Translations under genes and position numbers: made by a program | Shown here: piece by piece, positions 26,723 through 41,672 of the stretch | Position numbering within the stretch: the stretch's first letter is position 1 | Layout: every line of letters starts with the position of its first letter | The notes under the pieces: generated by a model | The model's database searches: none | The model's input: only the letters and a program-made list of their open reading frames with translations | Told to the model about the DNA's origin: nothing | Assembly: GCA_951406725.2 (NCBI GenBank) | Contig: OX597830.1 | Coordinates: 14,942,001 to 15,006,000 of the forward strand | Source: Octopus vulgaris | Taxonomy: Eukaryota | DNA: 64,000 bases | Reading direction: 5' to 3'

Positions 26723-26939
26723 AAACACACACACACACACAAATGTATATGTGTAGATATGTGGAGATATGTGTGTCTGTGTGCCTAGATATATATATAT
26801 GTGTATGTGTGTGTGTATATATACATATATGGATGTTCAAATATATAGATGTAATATGTATATGCATGGATGTACAAGTATATAGATGTAATATATATAT
26901 ATATACAGTATATATACATACACACACATATATATATAC

Positions 26940-27180
26940 ATACACACATACATACATACATACATACACATACATACATACATACATACATGCATACATA
27001 CATACATACATACATACATACATACATACATACATACATACATACATACATACATACATACATACATACATACATACATACATACATACATACATACATA
27101 CACACATACATACATACATACATACACACATACATACATACATACATGCATACATACATACATACACACATACATACATG
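26940..27180. repeat. (TACA)n microsatellite
   Basis: Seen directly. Confidence 0.95.
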
Positions 27181-27777
27181 CACATACCTATACTTGTATG
27201 TACTTATGTAAGTTATGTGTATGTGCATAAAACGGCGACTTTATAGAAAAATGAAAGAGATGTTTATATATAAATAAATACACAGTGAGATGATTTCGAT
27301 AACTCAATAAATATATATGAGAGTGATGTCTACGTCTATTTATTCCTCTTTAGCAATCCAAAACTGGGTGTTGTACGAAGTAATTTCCAGTCAGATTGCT
27401 CATTGAGTATGCTCTAATTATACTGGCGATGATCAACAGTGGTGTGCAGCGAACATTTGCCGTTTATTTTCACTCTAAAGAGAATTTTAATTAATATTTA
27501 TTTTAGATAAAATTCCTACTTCAAAAGGAAGAAAGTAAAGGAAGAAGGACAGACGGGAAGAAGGAAAGCGGTGGAAAGAGAATGAAAAAAAAAAGGTAAA
27601 AAAAAAAAAAAAAAGAAAGATGAGAGAGAGAAAGACAGAATGAGTGGAAGAATGACAGAAAGTAGGTAAACGCTGATAGAAAGAGAGAGAGAGAGAGAGA
27701 GAGAAAAAAAAATATATATATAAATAACTGAGTGTGAATAAAAACAATTCAAAGAAGGAAAAAAACGGAATATAAAT

Positions 27778-27990
<213 letters not shown>

Positions 27991-28147
27991 AGAAAGAATG
28001 TAAAGACAGCAGCATATCTCACTCAACTATTTAACAAACATTAAAATAAAACAACAAACAAAGCAAAAACAGATAAATATAGAAATTTTCTGGTTTTTAA
28101 ATTCTGTAATTATCCTATTAAAACTTGTTTTGCTTCAATATTCCTCC

Positions 28148-28190
<43 letters not shown>

Positions 28191-28431
28191 TATACGTATG
28201 TGTGTGTGTGTGTGTGTAAATATATACAGTATATATATATGTATATAGGTCTGTGTTTGTGTGTGTGTGTGTATGTATTTAGAGGAAGGCATGCACATGT
28301 GTGTATACTTGCATTTATGTCTATGTATATACATACAAACATACTCACACACACATACACACACATAGCGCAGACATTCACACAAAGGCAGATACATCGA
28401 TGTAATTGCACATTTACGTATGTGTAATTAT

Positions 28432-28491
<60 letters not shown>

Positions 28492-28659
28492 CTGTGTATA
28501 TGCATAGAATAATACCAATATCCATGCTTATGCGTATAAACACTTACACAAAAACATACCTACGTATGTAGCAATGTGTGTATACGTTTGCATATACAAA
28601 CAAACACAGACACGCACAAACACACACATGTAGTGATAGATAGATAGATACACGCATGC

Positions 28660-28928
28660 ATACACACATACATACATGCATATATACATACATGCATACA
28701 TACATACATACATATATACACACATGCATACATGCATACATACATACATACATACATGCATACATACATATATACATACATACATACATACATACATACA
28801 TACATACATACATACATACATACATACATACATACATACATACATACATACATACATACATACATACATGCACACATACATGCATACATACATACATACA
28901 TACATACATACATACATACATACATACA

Positions 28929-28962
<34 letters not shown>

Positions 28963-28970
28963 CATACATA
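28660..28970. repeat. (TACA)n microsatellite
   Basis: Seen directly. Confidence 0.95.
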
Positions 28971-29045
28971 AAGGTAAGTTGTGTTATAACTCTTATTATA
29001 TGAGTTTGTAAAATTCTTCCTAATAAGCTAGCATCTGTGTCTGTT

Positions 29046-29104
<59 letters not shown>

Positions 29105-29499
29105 ATATGAGTTTTTGAATGTGTCTATATGAACGTGAGTCTGCGTATTCATCAGAAATGCGAACAATTAATTGGTACAGCGTGAAATGACAATCTCTGT
29201 GATTATTGTTCTATAAGTAGAGAGAGAGTGATGATGGTACCATCATAATATATCGCTATTGATCGTATCTGAACGTCGTCTCTATGAAAGGCCTCTGTCT
29301 GTCTGTACGTGTGTGCGTGCATGTGTGTGTGTGTGCGTGTGCTTGTGCTCGTGTTCATGTGTAAGAGAATGTGTGTATGTATGTGTGTAGTTGTATGTGT
29401 GTGTTAGTATGTGTATTAGTGTGCGTGTGTGCGTATGTCCGTGTTCATGTGTAAGAGAATTTGTATATGTGTATAAGTGCGCGTGTATAATGCCATGGC

Positions 29500-29505
29500 A
29501 GTAGC

Positions 29506-29576
<71 letters not shown>
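29500..29576. repeat. (TAG)n microsatellite
   Basis: Seen directly. Confidence 0.97.
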
Positions 29577-29704
29577 AAACAAGTAGAAGATCGAGATGAC
29601 CATCTGAACTAGATGAGAAAACAGCTTGCGGCGGCAGTCGACCTTAGCAAGAAGAGATGAAGGCGCCTAACGCAATGACGAAGACACAGTGAGAGATAGA
29701 GAGA

Positions 29705-29744
<40 letters not shown>

Positions 29745-30033
29745 GACAGTGAGAGACAGAGAGAAACAGACAGTGAGAGACAGAGAGAGGAAAACATTTT
29801 ATTAATAATATTATCTGAATGTCGAAGAAGAAGACAAACCCTCTGAAATGATTTGCTTCAAGGTTCAAAACCGGCGTGTATCGTGTGAATCTTTCAATCT
29901 GGTATTTCAAAAATTGCTTCTGAATAGCTTAGAGATTTGGGGTAGGCTAGGATATGAACTTACTTCTGGTTACCTTCGGCTTGTTTTATTGCCTGCGACA
30001 ATTCCAATTGCTTTATTTTGGAGGGAAGCTAAT

Positions 30034-30170
30034 CAGCTGGCCAAGTGGATTAGGTGTTTAGGCAGCTAACCGGAGAACTGACGGATCGTATCCTGCTGCT
30101 GTTCTGTGTCAATAGCTAAAACATGAACTCTTAGCAAGCCCTGTTCATGAAGCTTAAAATGGGTACTGAG
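30034..30170 (+). mobile_element. Ancient tRNA-derived SINE head
   Basis: A-box TGGCCAAGTGG, degenerate B-box GGATCGTATCC, downstream AAATGGGTAC motif. Confidence 0.4.
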
Positions 30171-30196
30171 AGATTTCCTTGTCATTAATTAAGCAA

Positions 30197-30600
30197 AGGA
30201 GTGTCTGTGTGGTAAGTAGCTTGCTAACCAGCCACATGGTTCCGGGTTCAGTCCCACTGCATGGCACCTTGGGCAAGTATCTTCTGCTATAGCCCCGGGC
30301 CGACCAATGCCTTGTGAGTGGATTTGGTAGACGGAAACTGAAAGAAACCTGTCATATATATGTATATATATATATATGTATGTGTGTGTTTGTGTGTCTG
30401 TGTTTGTCCCCCTAGCATTGCTTGACAACCGATGCTGGTGTGTTTACGTCCCCGTCACTTAGCGGTTCGGCAAAAACAGACCGATAGAATAAGTACTAGG
30501 CTTACAAAGAATAAGTCCCGGGGTCAATTTGCTCGACTAAAGGCGGTGCTCCAGCATGGCCGCAGTCAAATGACTGAAACAAGTAAAAGAAGGTAAAAGA
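30197..30600 (+). mobile_element. SINE family A
   Basis: Colinear with 443-860 and 9795-10191. Confidence 0.9.
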
Positions 30601-31207
30601 AGAAATTAAACAATATATATCTTTTGCAAAACAGACATGCGAGCACAGACACACACACACAAACATACGCGCGCGTACGCACACACCATTCATACATAAA
30701 TATTGTTTAATTAATGATGACCTTTCAATGGCACAAATATGCAAATAACACTATCTACTACGGAATTAGCCTAATTTATCACTGTTTTGTATAATAGCTG
30801 TTTATCCTTTGCTATTGATTGGGGAGGGGAAACTGGGTAAGACATCGGTGAAGAATGATCAACAAATTGTTGACGGGTTTCTGCTCATCAAAAGCATATG
30901 ATCAATTACATTCCATTCATGACTATCACGTTTTCTGGGAGTGATATCTAGCCTACGTTGCACAATAAGTGTTCTTTTTTTCAGACGGTGTATGGTGAAT
31001 TGAGGACCGTATGGCTGGTGTTGTTTCTGGAAGATTGATCTACCACGTACTGGCCTTTCTCGAAGTTGCAATTCTTAATTCACCGTTCCAGCCACAACTG
31101 CGATATGTGTCGTATCGTGATGGTAACCAAGGGAATATTATAATAGTGGTATAAAAAGACTTATGAATTGACATCCGTCTTGACATAAGATAGATATATA
31201 GATAGAT

Positions 31208-31277
<70 letters not shown>

Positions 31278-31396
31278 GTAGGTAGATAGATAGATAGATA
31301 AATAGATCCATACATACATGCATGCATGCTTGCATAATAAAAACATACATACATATGTAGTTACATTCATATATATATACATATATATATATATAC

Positions 31397-31427
<31 letters not shown>

Positions 31428-33335
31428 AGGTAGGAAGGAGGATAGATAAATAGATACAAACTCTTATATGCACACATAGATGACTACTTATATATTTCTT
31501 ATATATGTCCTTAGACTTACAGGCATACATACATATACATACATTTGTGTGCGCGCACGTCTATGAGTGTATGTGTGTCTGTGTGCCTGTGAGCGCGTGT
31601 CTGTGTGCGTGTGTGTGTTTGTGTGTATGCATATATGCACATAGTGGCACCGGTAAACGATCGATATATTTCACAATTGTCTTCAAATACTGTAGAATAA
31701 GATTCAAACGGTAAGATCAAAAGTCCAATAAAAAATCCTGCTTCTGGGAGAGGAATCAAGTTTTCGTTTCATCCTTCTGGGATCGATAAAATAAAGTACC
31801 AATCACGTACTGAGATCGATTTACATGCGACCTAGTTGTCATCCGAATTATAATGCAAGACAAGACAAAGAATGTTATTACGTAATAACACATCTTTGAG
31901 ATGTTGCTTTGTAATATCAGAACCGATTTCCCTATCCATTCCACAAGAAGTTGTAACTGCCACATCGATATCCTTATGCAAATTTTGTATATGCTATGAA
32001 ATAAGTTACTCCAAATTTACTTTAACTCTCTGTTATATGAAACCTAGAAAGCAGAGAATTGCGTTGAGAGACTGCGTTGGTGAAATAATCTTATAAATAA
32101 TGTTATGAATTAATGTTATATAAAATTATAATAAAATCATATTGTAATCGATATATTGAGTTTTGTCGAAAGGAAAACGTAATCGACGTTTCGGATGGAA
32201 GACTTTTGTCAAGATTATGGAAAGGCATAAAAAGGAAGAGGGGAAATGCTAGTGTCAGTGTGTTGTTTCTACATACATGCTGTAGCATGCAAATAGTTTT
32301 GAATAATCTGAAATCCAGAAACTATTATATACAGTTCAAAGTCTGCGTCTATGCCTGCGTCAGTACAAGTGATCCAATGAAGGAAAATTATAAAATAAAA
32401 TTTTAGTTCCTTTACCTTTTAGCAGACATAGTATCGGCCGTTCTCTTGTGAAAAACTAGAGATAGGAATTACGACCAATAATAGCAATTATTGTATCATA
32501 TCTCTTGGGAGAAGAAATAATTGCTTCTTGTTGAATATCTAAGGTAGACAGTCGTAGTTGTTAAATAATATTTGTATTGTTCTGTTTGAACGGAATGGGT
32601 CTTTTGACTTGGTTATGCAATATTCTTAAAATAACAATTTCCTTTAACTCTTCATTCAGACCACCTCGTCGGGTAGAAACATAGCTGTTTGTTCCATCTG
32701 AAGACATTACAAATGAATGGTATCCAGTATTTCAACCAAATACTTGGTGTTCGGCTCTAAATTAATGACACCCGTATTGTGTTTGTCTACTGGTTAATAT
32801 TTTAGCCTGAACACAGCAAAGTTGCCTGATTAAAAATGAAGCAGAACTAATCGTCATGTCCAGTTTTATGTTATTGTCTAATAAATTTCGTCCTACTTCA
32901 GGGAGAATATTACTCGATACGAGTAAATAATGACCTCATTCACAAATGTTATTCACATTCTGGGTGGCAATTTAGCTGACGCTTTGATTCTGGACATTAC
33001 TATCTTGGTGTATTATACTAATATTTCTACTTTCCGGTCTATTTAACAATATGATCGCTAGACGTTCAATATTGATTTCTTACATTGACACAACGAGGTG
33101 CTCTAGCAATAATTTACGAAACAGCATAGTTAACAGAGACAAATCACATTATGAATGACAATTAGCAAGCTCTGAATACATGAACTTTTAAGGAAAGGTT
33201 CACAATAGTGAACGGGAGAAGGGAAGGCGTCTTCTGAAAATGATGACGCAGTTGTTTTCTCTGTTGTGTAAGGTTATTGGTGTAAAGTTCGTTATACAGT
33301 TTTTTTTATAAACAGTGTCTACGTATATATCAATA

Positions 33336-33725
33336 GTGGAAGCACTCCGTCGGTTACGACGACGAGGGTTCCGGTTGATCCGAATCAACGGAACAGCCTG
33401 CTGCTCGTGAAATTAACGTGTAAGTGGCTGAGCACTCCACAGACACGTGTACCCGTAACGTAGTTCTCGGGGGATATTCAGCGTGACACAGAGAGTGACA
33501 AGGCCGGCCCTTTGAAATACAGGTACAACAGAAACAGGAAGTAAGAGTGAGAGAAAGTTGTGGTGAAAGAGTACAGCAGGGATCACCACCATCCCCTGCC
33601 GGAGCCTCGTGGAGCTTTAGGTGTTTTCGCTCAATAAACACTCACAACGCCCGGTCTGGGAATCGAAACCGCGATCTTATGACCGCGAGTCCGCTGCCCT
33701 AACCACTGGGCCATTGCGCCTCCAC
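33336..33725 (-). mobile_element. tRNA-derived SINE, family C, tail type 1
   Basis: Minus strand TGGCCCAGTGG A-box and GTTTCGATTCCC B-box. 11-bp TSD ATATATCAATA at 33325-33335 and 33726-33736. Confidence 0.92.
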
Positions 33726-34505
33726 ATATATCAATAATTGTATGTTTGTATGATAATGTGTTTAGATAGGGGAATAGGGGTATAGGTATTTTTATTCAAG
33801 CGTTTCACTGGTAAAAAGTATAAGACCTAGAAAGTCAATTTTGTTTTTACTCTTTTGTATATTTCATATATTTATATATTTTTTGCTTACTTTCGATGCA
33901 CACAACGATTTATTACTGAAGCTAGTTAAATAAAAACTAGATCTATGGTCCAACAAGGGGAAGTGACATTTACATGGTCACTAGATCTTCGAGAAACAAC
34001 CAGACAATTCTCCATCACATTATATTGTATCGCCGTAAAAAGTGGACATCTTAGTTAATGTAGACCTAGATACATTAAGCTTGGAAAAAGTTAGTAAAAA
34101 CTGACGAAGCTAAAAATGACAGGTATATCTCCAATAAGTTATACGATTACGGCAGGAAACATTGGATAGTGTAGTCCTATGAATCACGTATCTGAAAAGC
34201 CGGCGAATAAACGTGACTCGTAAGCTTATTGATAACACCGTGTAACACGATTTTTGTCCGAGGGTAGCAACTGTTATTGCCTATTTGCTTACCCCTAGAA
34301 AGTATAAAAAATGGCTAATGTTTCATTCAAGCTTTGCTGTTCTTACATTTATTCAAACCTCAATGAATCCCTCTCAGCACATGGCTGTGATGTTCCCCGA
34401 CTACTACTGCTCTTGATCAGGGATGCACATATTGTCAGCCACAAAGAGGTACGCTCAATTAGTTAAGGACAAGCAACTGACAAGTAATTATGTGGTATTG
34501 AGCAG

Positions 34506-34723
34506 GCAAAAACGTTAGTACGCCGGGCGAAATGCCTAGCCTTATTTAGTCTGCCGTTACGTTCTGAGTTCAGATTCCACCGAGGTTGACTTTGCCTTTC
34601 ATCCTTTCGAGGTCGATAAACTAAGTACCAGTTACGCACTGGGGTCAATGTAATCGACTTAATCCGTTTGTCTGTCCTTGTTTGTCCCCTCTGTGTTTGG
34701 CCCCTGTGGGTAGTAAAGAAATA
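34506..34723 (+). mobile_element. SINE family B
   Basis: Head, core and tail present. 12-bp TSD GGTATTGAGCAG at 34494-34505 and 34724-34735. Confidence 0.92.
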
Positions 34724-35512
34724 GGTATTGAGCAGAATATATGCTATAACGATATTCCTGCTTCAGCAGCTAAGCTCTGGCTTTGTCTGAAATGTAATGG
34801 AAAATAGGTCAGTTCAGAAAAAAATGATGTTCAGGTGAAAAAAGCAAAGTTTGAATGGAATAGGTAGTAATTTCCTTTGATTTTTAGAGAGAAGCAAATA
34901 GGAAATAACACTCACAGACCAAAAACAAAAATAATTAATATTTTGACACATTGTAATAGGATTGCTAAATTTAATCTAGCCTAAGGCATCCGTAAAATGG
35001 CAAGATGTAAAAGTGAAGTAAATTTATTCTGTTTATTGGAACGGGATATAGTTAATGAGGGACAGGGTTTGCATCATAAGAAACCAGACTCTAATACTGA
35101 ATATATTAAATTCATATTTTAAAGAAAGTGCATTACATTTGAACTCTGTATTACTGTTATTTGCTTTATTGATAATTGATATCAACCTCAAACCAAGAAC
35201 TGTGAGAGTTAAAAATTAATGCCCTAAAATATTCAATATTTTTTTCCACTACTTTGTATATTTGCGAGTGACCTGTGTAATTTATGATCTCGGTTTGTCA
35301 TATTTAAAATGTCTAAAAGCTTATACAGACCCCCAACACACAGCGATTTCCAAGTTTCTGAGGTTTGAACTGAAGAATTGTAGAGTTTGTAATAGTATGA
35401 AGTTCTTCGGAAACTTAAATCACTTCCCATCAGCCAGCAATTACTGATATCCACTTAGATAAATTCATGCAGCATAGCATGGATTTGACAGACTAGCTTC
35501 CTTAGCGAGGAC

Positions 35513-35584
<72 letters not shown>

Positions 35585-37342
35585 CCATTCTCTTTTTCTC
35601 TCTTTCTGTAGCACACACGCACACATACTGACGCGCACAATCTCACATGCTACAGGGAACTAATATTAGATGAAAGCCTTGTGTTCAGAAGAACTGAGAA
35701 GCGGAAATTGTCGATGATGCTCCCATTGTTTGTGTCTTTTCTCAGCACCGCCACACTTCTTGCTCGACGTAGCTGGGGATATTTCTGATCTGCTGTCATG
35801 GGATAAACGTCAGCAAAAAGAGGAGTGGGCAAGTAAGGCATGTATATTCATATTGTTCGTGTGGCATTTTATCCAATCCCTTGCTCAACCATTCATCGCC
35901 AACAAAATCCCTGATGCCGTGAGTTGTTTTTGTATCACTGCACACTTTTTCCACATAGCGGTGGCAAACCATTGAGACAGGCACCAATATAATCATGAAT
36001 AATTTTATAGACATTACGAAGACTAAGTGGAATATCGTTTCAAGTTGATCATGCGGCCATTTTGATCCGTGACACTTGTTCAGCAGTTTTTTAATTAATC
36101 AATCCATTAGGTAACAATCCATAGCGGCAAAACCCAGTTCCAATACTATGTTTTGCCGCTTTCGATGGCTATTGTCCCTTCAATCACCTATAATCCATAG
36201 AAAATGAATCAGTAGATGTCGCATTGAGCAAGCAAGAAAAACGGCTATATTTAAGAGAGCTACAGATTTTATTATTCAGAGGGCAGAGAAAAGCCTTGAT
36301 CTCCTTTTAAATCTTATCAGACCCAAATCAGGAACAGAATATTCGCTTTCTTTCCAAGAGATTAAACGGAAAGACAGCTAAACTGGTCTAATTTACGCAA
36401 CACCACATGAAGTAACAATGTGAATACATAAATAAATTAGTTAATTAATAGTGCACTACATAGCATCTTTTATGCTATACATTCTAGATTATTAAAAACT
36501 GATGTGCGTGGTAGAATTAATTAATTAATTTAGCCACATTGTTGGCGCCTTCAAGATAATATGAAGTAGACAAAATAGTTTCGCTCCGTTCGAATTTATA
36601 TGTACTATAAATAGCTATAATATCATAATTTCTCCGCGAATATTGAGTATCATTGATCAGGTGGAGGTATCACAAAATGAGAATCTTGAGAGTTCGATCC
36701 TCATTGTTTCTGCCCCTGGAGAAATACAAACTATGGTGTAACCACTTCTTTTTTCACAAGAGGCTAATTTCTATATTATTGAAACATATAGCCTACAAAA
36801 AATTATAGATATGAGTATATATGAATACTAAAATACATACACAAGCATGTGTATGTATACTGTTGTGGCAGATGCCCCCGGGTGAGAAGTGGGCTTGTCC
36901 ACTACTAATAAATAGTGGACACAATCAGTGAGTAGGATCAGTCAGCGAGGTACGTTGTTCGGGCTAGTCATGCAGACGACGAAGTTGCGTCATCATAATG
37001 CGGGACATATCAATGGCGAAGAAGATTCGGAGGTCAAGCAGTGGAAAAATGTTAAAAATCCCGAGGTGGGATTTGAACTACACACAGTGAAAAATAATAT
37101 AAGTCCGTTCAAAGGATTTAAGTCAGGAAGCTATGTGTTAATAGCTCTACCGTTAAACAATGTAGACTGGTATTACCTGCGGTATTTTGAAGGAAAAAAT
37201 ATTTATAACTGAGTGCGGAGCAAATAACAATAATAATAATGATAATAATAATAATAAGTCCTTTCGGGGGATTTTAGTCCGGTTGGTATATGTTAATAGC
37301 GCTTACGGTAAATAATGTAGACTGGTACTACTTGCGGCATTT

Positions 37343-37401
<59 letters not shown>

Positions 37402-37619
37402 CTGTGTGGAACAAGAAAAAGTCTGAATGCGAAAAGAAAAATAATTCTGGTTTGAGGAAAAGGAAATGACAAAAATAATAATGTAGTGTCGAAAGAGAAA
37501 AAAATGTGTATCTAGTTCTGTGTGTCCTTGTTTTTCTTTGTATCGTCTATCTGGATGTTTTGTTGTCACTGTTTTGTATCACCTAACTGTCTGGATGCTT
37601 TGCGTGCTTGTCCATTTTG

Positions 37620-37669
<50 letters not shown>

Positions 37670-37670
37670 C

Positions 37671-37783
<113 letters not shown>

Positions 37784-37962
37784 CGTGGAAGGTGTTTATA
37801 AGCCATTTAAGAAACACACAAAACGTTCGATTATCCAACATTTAAGTTTAATTTGTCAAAATATTTTCGTCGCTAAAATATTTTGACAAATTAAACTTAA
37901 ATGTTGCAGTGAATCGAACGGCTTTTGTGTGTTTCTTAAATGGCTTATAAACACCTTCCACG
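37784..37962. repeat. Long fold-back palindrome between TA tracts
   Basis: ~85-bp arms with a few mismatches; 7-nt spacer CGTCGCT at 37868-37874. Confidence 0.92.
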
Positions 37963-38025
37963 CTGCAATTGTTTTCGTTTCAGCACACGATCTCAGATCA
38001 AATTACTCGCTATGCGAGTACATCT

Positions 38026-38077
<52 letters not shown>

Positions 38078-38079
<2 letters not shown>

Positions 38080-38230
38080 TGTTGTATTTAGGAATGGTAG
38101 TTTTGCCAGTTTAGCCAATAAAAACAGATGCACTATATTATTGGGTAAACTGGCAAAATGACCATTCCTAAATACAACAATATCTGTTTCAACACACTAT
38201 TTCACATCAAAAATCTTGCAAAACAAATAT
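38078..38230. repeat. Fold-back end of the 2900-3270 repeat family
   Basis: ~44-bp inverted arms at 38078-38121 and 38138-38181; the sequence then continues as in 3220-3270. Confidence 0.85.
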
Positions 38231-39114
38231 ATATAAGGAACAGGAACAAGTGGTTAAAACACGTGAAACCAGATGAGAAAGGAACAAACAAAAATTTAGC
38301 CTACATCAGCTTTGTGCTTTGGAAACCTTGCAGTTCCAACAGGTTTGGATAGATTTGATGCGTTAGTGGCGTTACAAAGACATTGGATATGTTTGTTGGG
38401 TAATTAATGGAAACGAGATAGAAAAGCAAGTGAAACTGAAAGTGGGTGGTTTGCGATTGGGATGAGAGAAAAGCAAGGAGTGAGAGGAAAAAGTATGCTT
38501 TAGACTAGTGACAAGAGTAAGTGGAGAAAAGAAAAAACCAAAACGTGTGTCTGTTGATGGTGAACGTAAATGTAAGGATGAATTAACGAGACGAAATAAT
38601 AGAATAGTACAACGAAATAATAGAATAGTACAACGCAGAAGAATGCTTGGACATAATCTTTGAACAAGTAATGTTCGTTAGGTGAGCTAAACGGTAGAAC
38701 AGAATCGTCGCTAGAGTGGATGCAGAGAAAGCTGAAAACGAAGGGGGGCAGAGAATACAGGGGACACACAGTTGTGAGGGTGGGGTAATGAAAAATAGTG
38801 GAAAGAAATAAGTGAGAAAGAGAAAGAGAGAGAGAGAGAGGTGATGGAAATATGTGTTTAGTTGCTTTTGCATGCATATGTATGGGAGTGTATATACATG
38901 TATGTATATATATATACACAAATATACATACACATACACACATATACATACACATATATATATACTCACACACGCATATATATTTACATATATATTTATA
39001 TATATGTTTATATATTTATGTATGTGTATATATATTTACATATATATATGTTTATATATTAATGTATGTATATATATATATATAGAGAGAGAGAGAGACA
39101 GAGAGATACATATG

Positions 39115-39163
<49 letters not shown>

Positions 39164-39185
39164 CTTTGTCTCTCTCTCTCTCTCC

Positions 39186-39229
<44 letters not shown>

Positions 39230-39326
39230 CTTTGTCTCTCTCTCTCTCTCTCCATATATATATATGTTTATATATTAATGTATGTATATATATATATAGA
39301 GAGAGAGAGACAGAGAGATACATATG

Positions 39327-39369
<43 letters not shown>

Positions 39370-39901
39370 CTGTCTCTCTCTCTCTCTCCATATATATATG
39401 TGTGTGTGTGTGTGTTTGAGTGTGTGCTTGTGCGTGTATGTATGTATATATTTACGTGTTTATGTATGTAGCGGAGTTATGTGGATAAATGCTTATGTTT
39501 ATGGGTTTGTGCGCTTCCTGACATTCCCAAGAACCAAGCTTGTAGACCCGGCGTGGAAATTTGACTCCAACCAAAGATTACAGAAAAATCAAACGATGTT
39601 AACAAGCCAACCAAATATAGGTGAGTGGTGCCATAAATCATGATTATTAATTTAGCAATGATTTTGTGTTTGGTTTTTTTAATATCTCGCCTAGCCTCTG
39701 TCTTCATCTTTGATATTCGAAACTCGAGAAATTTCTCTGTAGCCATTCTATGAAGACTCGTGTAAATCTGTAGAGGAAACAGTTGATGCCAGGCAGACCG
39801 AAATCTTTATTACAAAACGACTGAGGAGTATATCTTTCAATGTACAAGCGTGCATATATATATGCCTGTGTGTGATTAAGAGTATATGTGTGTGTGTGTG
39901 T

Positions 39902-39978
<77 letters not shown>

Positions 39979-40589
39979 TGTGTGAGTGTATGCGAGCGTG
40001 GGTTTGCTTCTGTGTGGATTGCACGCCAAATCAGTCACCGAGAAATCTTACAATTCTTCAAACGTCTACTCAACGGATTACGTTTGAAGATTAACGTCTC
40101 TCCCCCATCGCTCCATCTCTCTCTGTTATCTTTCTTTCCTCCCCCCACTCCCACCACCAACCTCCTCTTCCTGCTTGCTTTACTTGGAAACCTTATCTTC
40201 TCTATGGTTACACGTATCGATCTCCTGGCCAGCTACCTAAGTCGACACTACTGCCAACGCAGAGTAGCAAGCACTTAAACGTTGACCCTTCCAGCTGCAA
40301 TTCACCTTTTCTTTTGTCGTGTATTCGCTCTCCATGAACCTCGCTGCTGCAGCCAACGCCGAGGCCTACACATATTTCTATTTCAATCTTTCTTTGGAAC
40401 AATTTCAGACTATATTAACTCCTCTGTAATCGATTTGTTTTGCTTTTGCTTCTTTAGAACTCCGGCCGTGACGGTCATGCCGTAACCGCATCGAACTGTT
40501 ACATAGATTAAAGGCTAACACATCTATTCCATCAGCACAGATTACGATAAGAAACACAACTGGTGGCCTCACTCACACACGCATACATA

Positions 40590-40751
40590 TGTATGCATGT
40601 ATGTATGTATGTATGTATGTATGTATGTATGTATGTATGTATGTATGTATGCATGTATGTATGTATGTATGTATGTATGTATGTATGTATGTATGTATGT
40701 ATGTATGCATGTATGTATGAATGTATGTATGTATGTATGTATATATGTATG

Positions 40752-40785
<34 letters not shown>

Positions 40786-40867
40786 TGTATGAATGTATGT
40801 ATGTATGTATGTATGTATGTATGTATGTATGTATGTATGTATGTATATATGTATGTATGTATGTATG

Positions 40868-40901
<34 letters not shown>

Positions 40902-40930
40902 TGTATGTATGTATGTATGTATGTATGTAT
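40590..40930. repeat. (TATG)n microsatellite
   Basis: Seen directly; source of the 260-aa MYVC ORF. Confidence 0.97.
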
Positions 40931-41245
40931 ATATATATATAGAGAGAGAGAGAGAGACATATATATGTATATGTGTGTAAGTGTGCATATATATATTTAT
41001 ATACATGCATATGTATACATATATATATACATAAGTGTGTGTATAGATAAATTTATACACACGTATATGTATGTTTGTGTATTTGTATGTGCGTGTATGT
41101 ATATATATATGTGTGTGCGTGTTTGTGTCTCTGTCTGTCTATCCCTCTGTCTATCTATCTATATAGTATATACTATATATATATATACACAAAATCTCAT
41201 CTCTCTTTCTCTCTCTATCTCTCTATTTCTCTCTATACATATATG

Positions 41246-41296
<51 letters not shown>

Positions 41297-41419
41297 GTGT
41301 GTGTGTGTCTGTGTGTGTGCAGTATTCTTTTGTTTAGTCATTTGATTGCACCCCTGATGGAAGAAATTTTTCCGTCGAAGAAATCGCCCCTAGGACTTAT
41401 TATATGTAAGCCCAAAACT

Positions 41420-41567
41420 TATTCTATCGTTTACTCTTGACGAACCGCTATGTTAAGGAGACGTAAACACACCAGCTTCAGTTGCCAAACCATGGGGGGT
41501 GGGGAACAAACACATATACAAAGACACACATGTATAAATGAATAAATAAATAAATAAATATATATAA

Positions 41568-41641
<74 letters not shown>

Positions 41642-41672
41642 GATGGGCTTCTTTCAGTTTCTGTGTACCAAA
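41420..41672 (-). mobile_element. SINE family A fragment with expanded internal (TA)n
   Basis: Reverse-complement GAAACTGAAAGAAGCCCATCG and CTGGTGTGTTTACGTC segments. Confidence 0.75.

Noticed and set aside
30860-31130. Possible Tc1 HTH-region remnant (ERPVRGRS)
   Set aside because: One weak motif, no TIR or DDE evidence.
32650-32800. PNTKYLVEILD, resembling the LINE RT motif P.YLGV.LD
   Set aside because: A single short motif; flanking domains not recognisable.
35650-36050. Possible Helitron Rep or other transposase remnant (YPQLRR..IDN)
   Set aside because: Neighbouring conserved motifs could not be found; needs a translated search.
38268-38340. CAGATGA..GAAAC..GTT hammerhead-like string
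   Set aside because: Core substituted, stem II poorly paired and no stem I.
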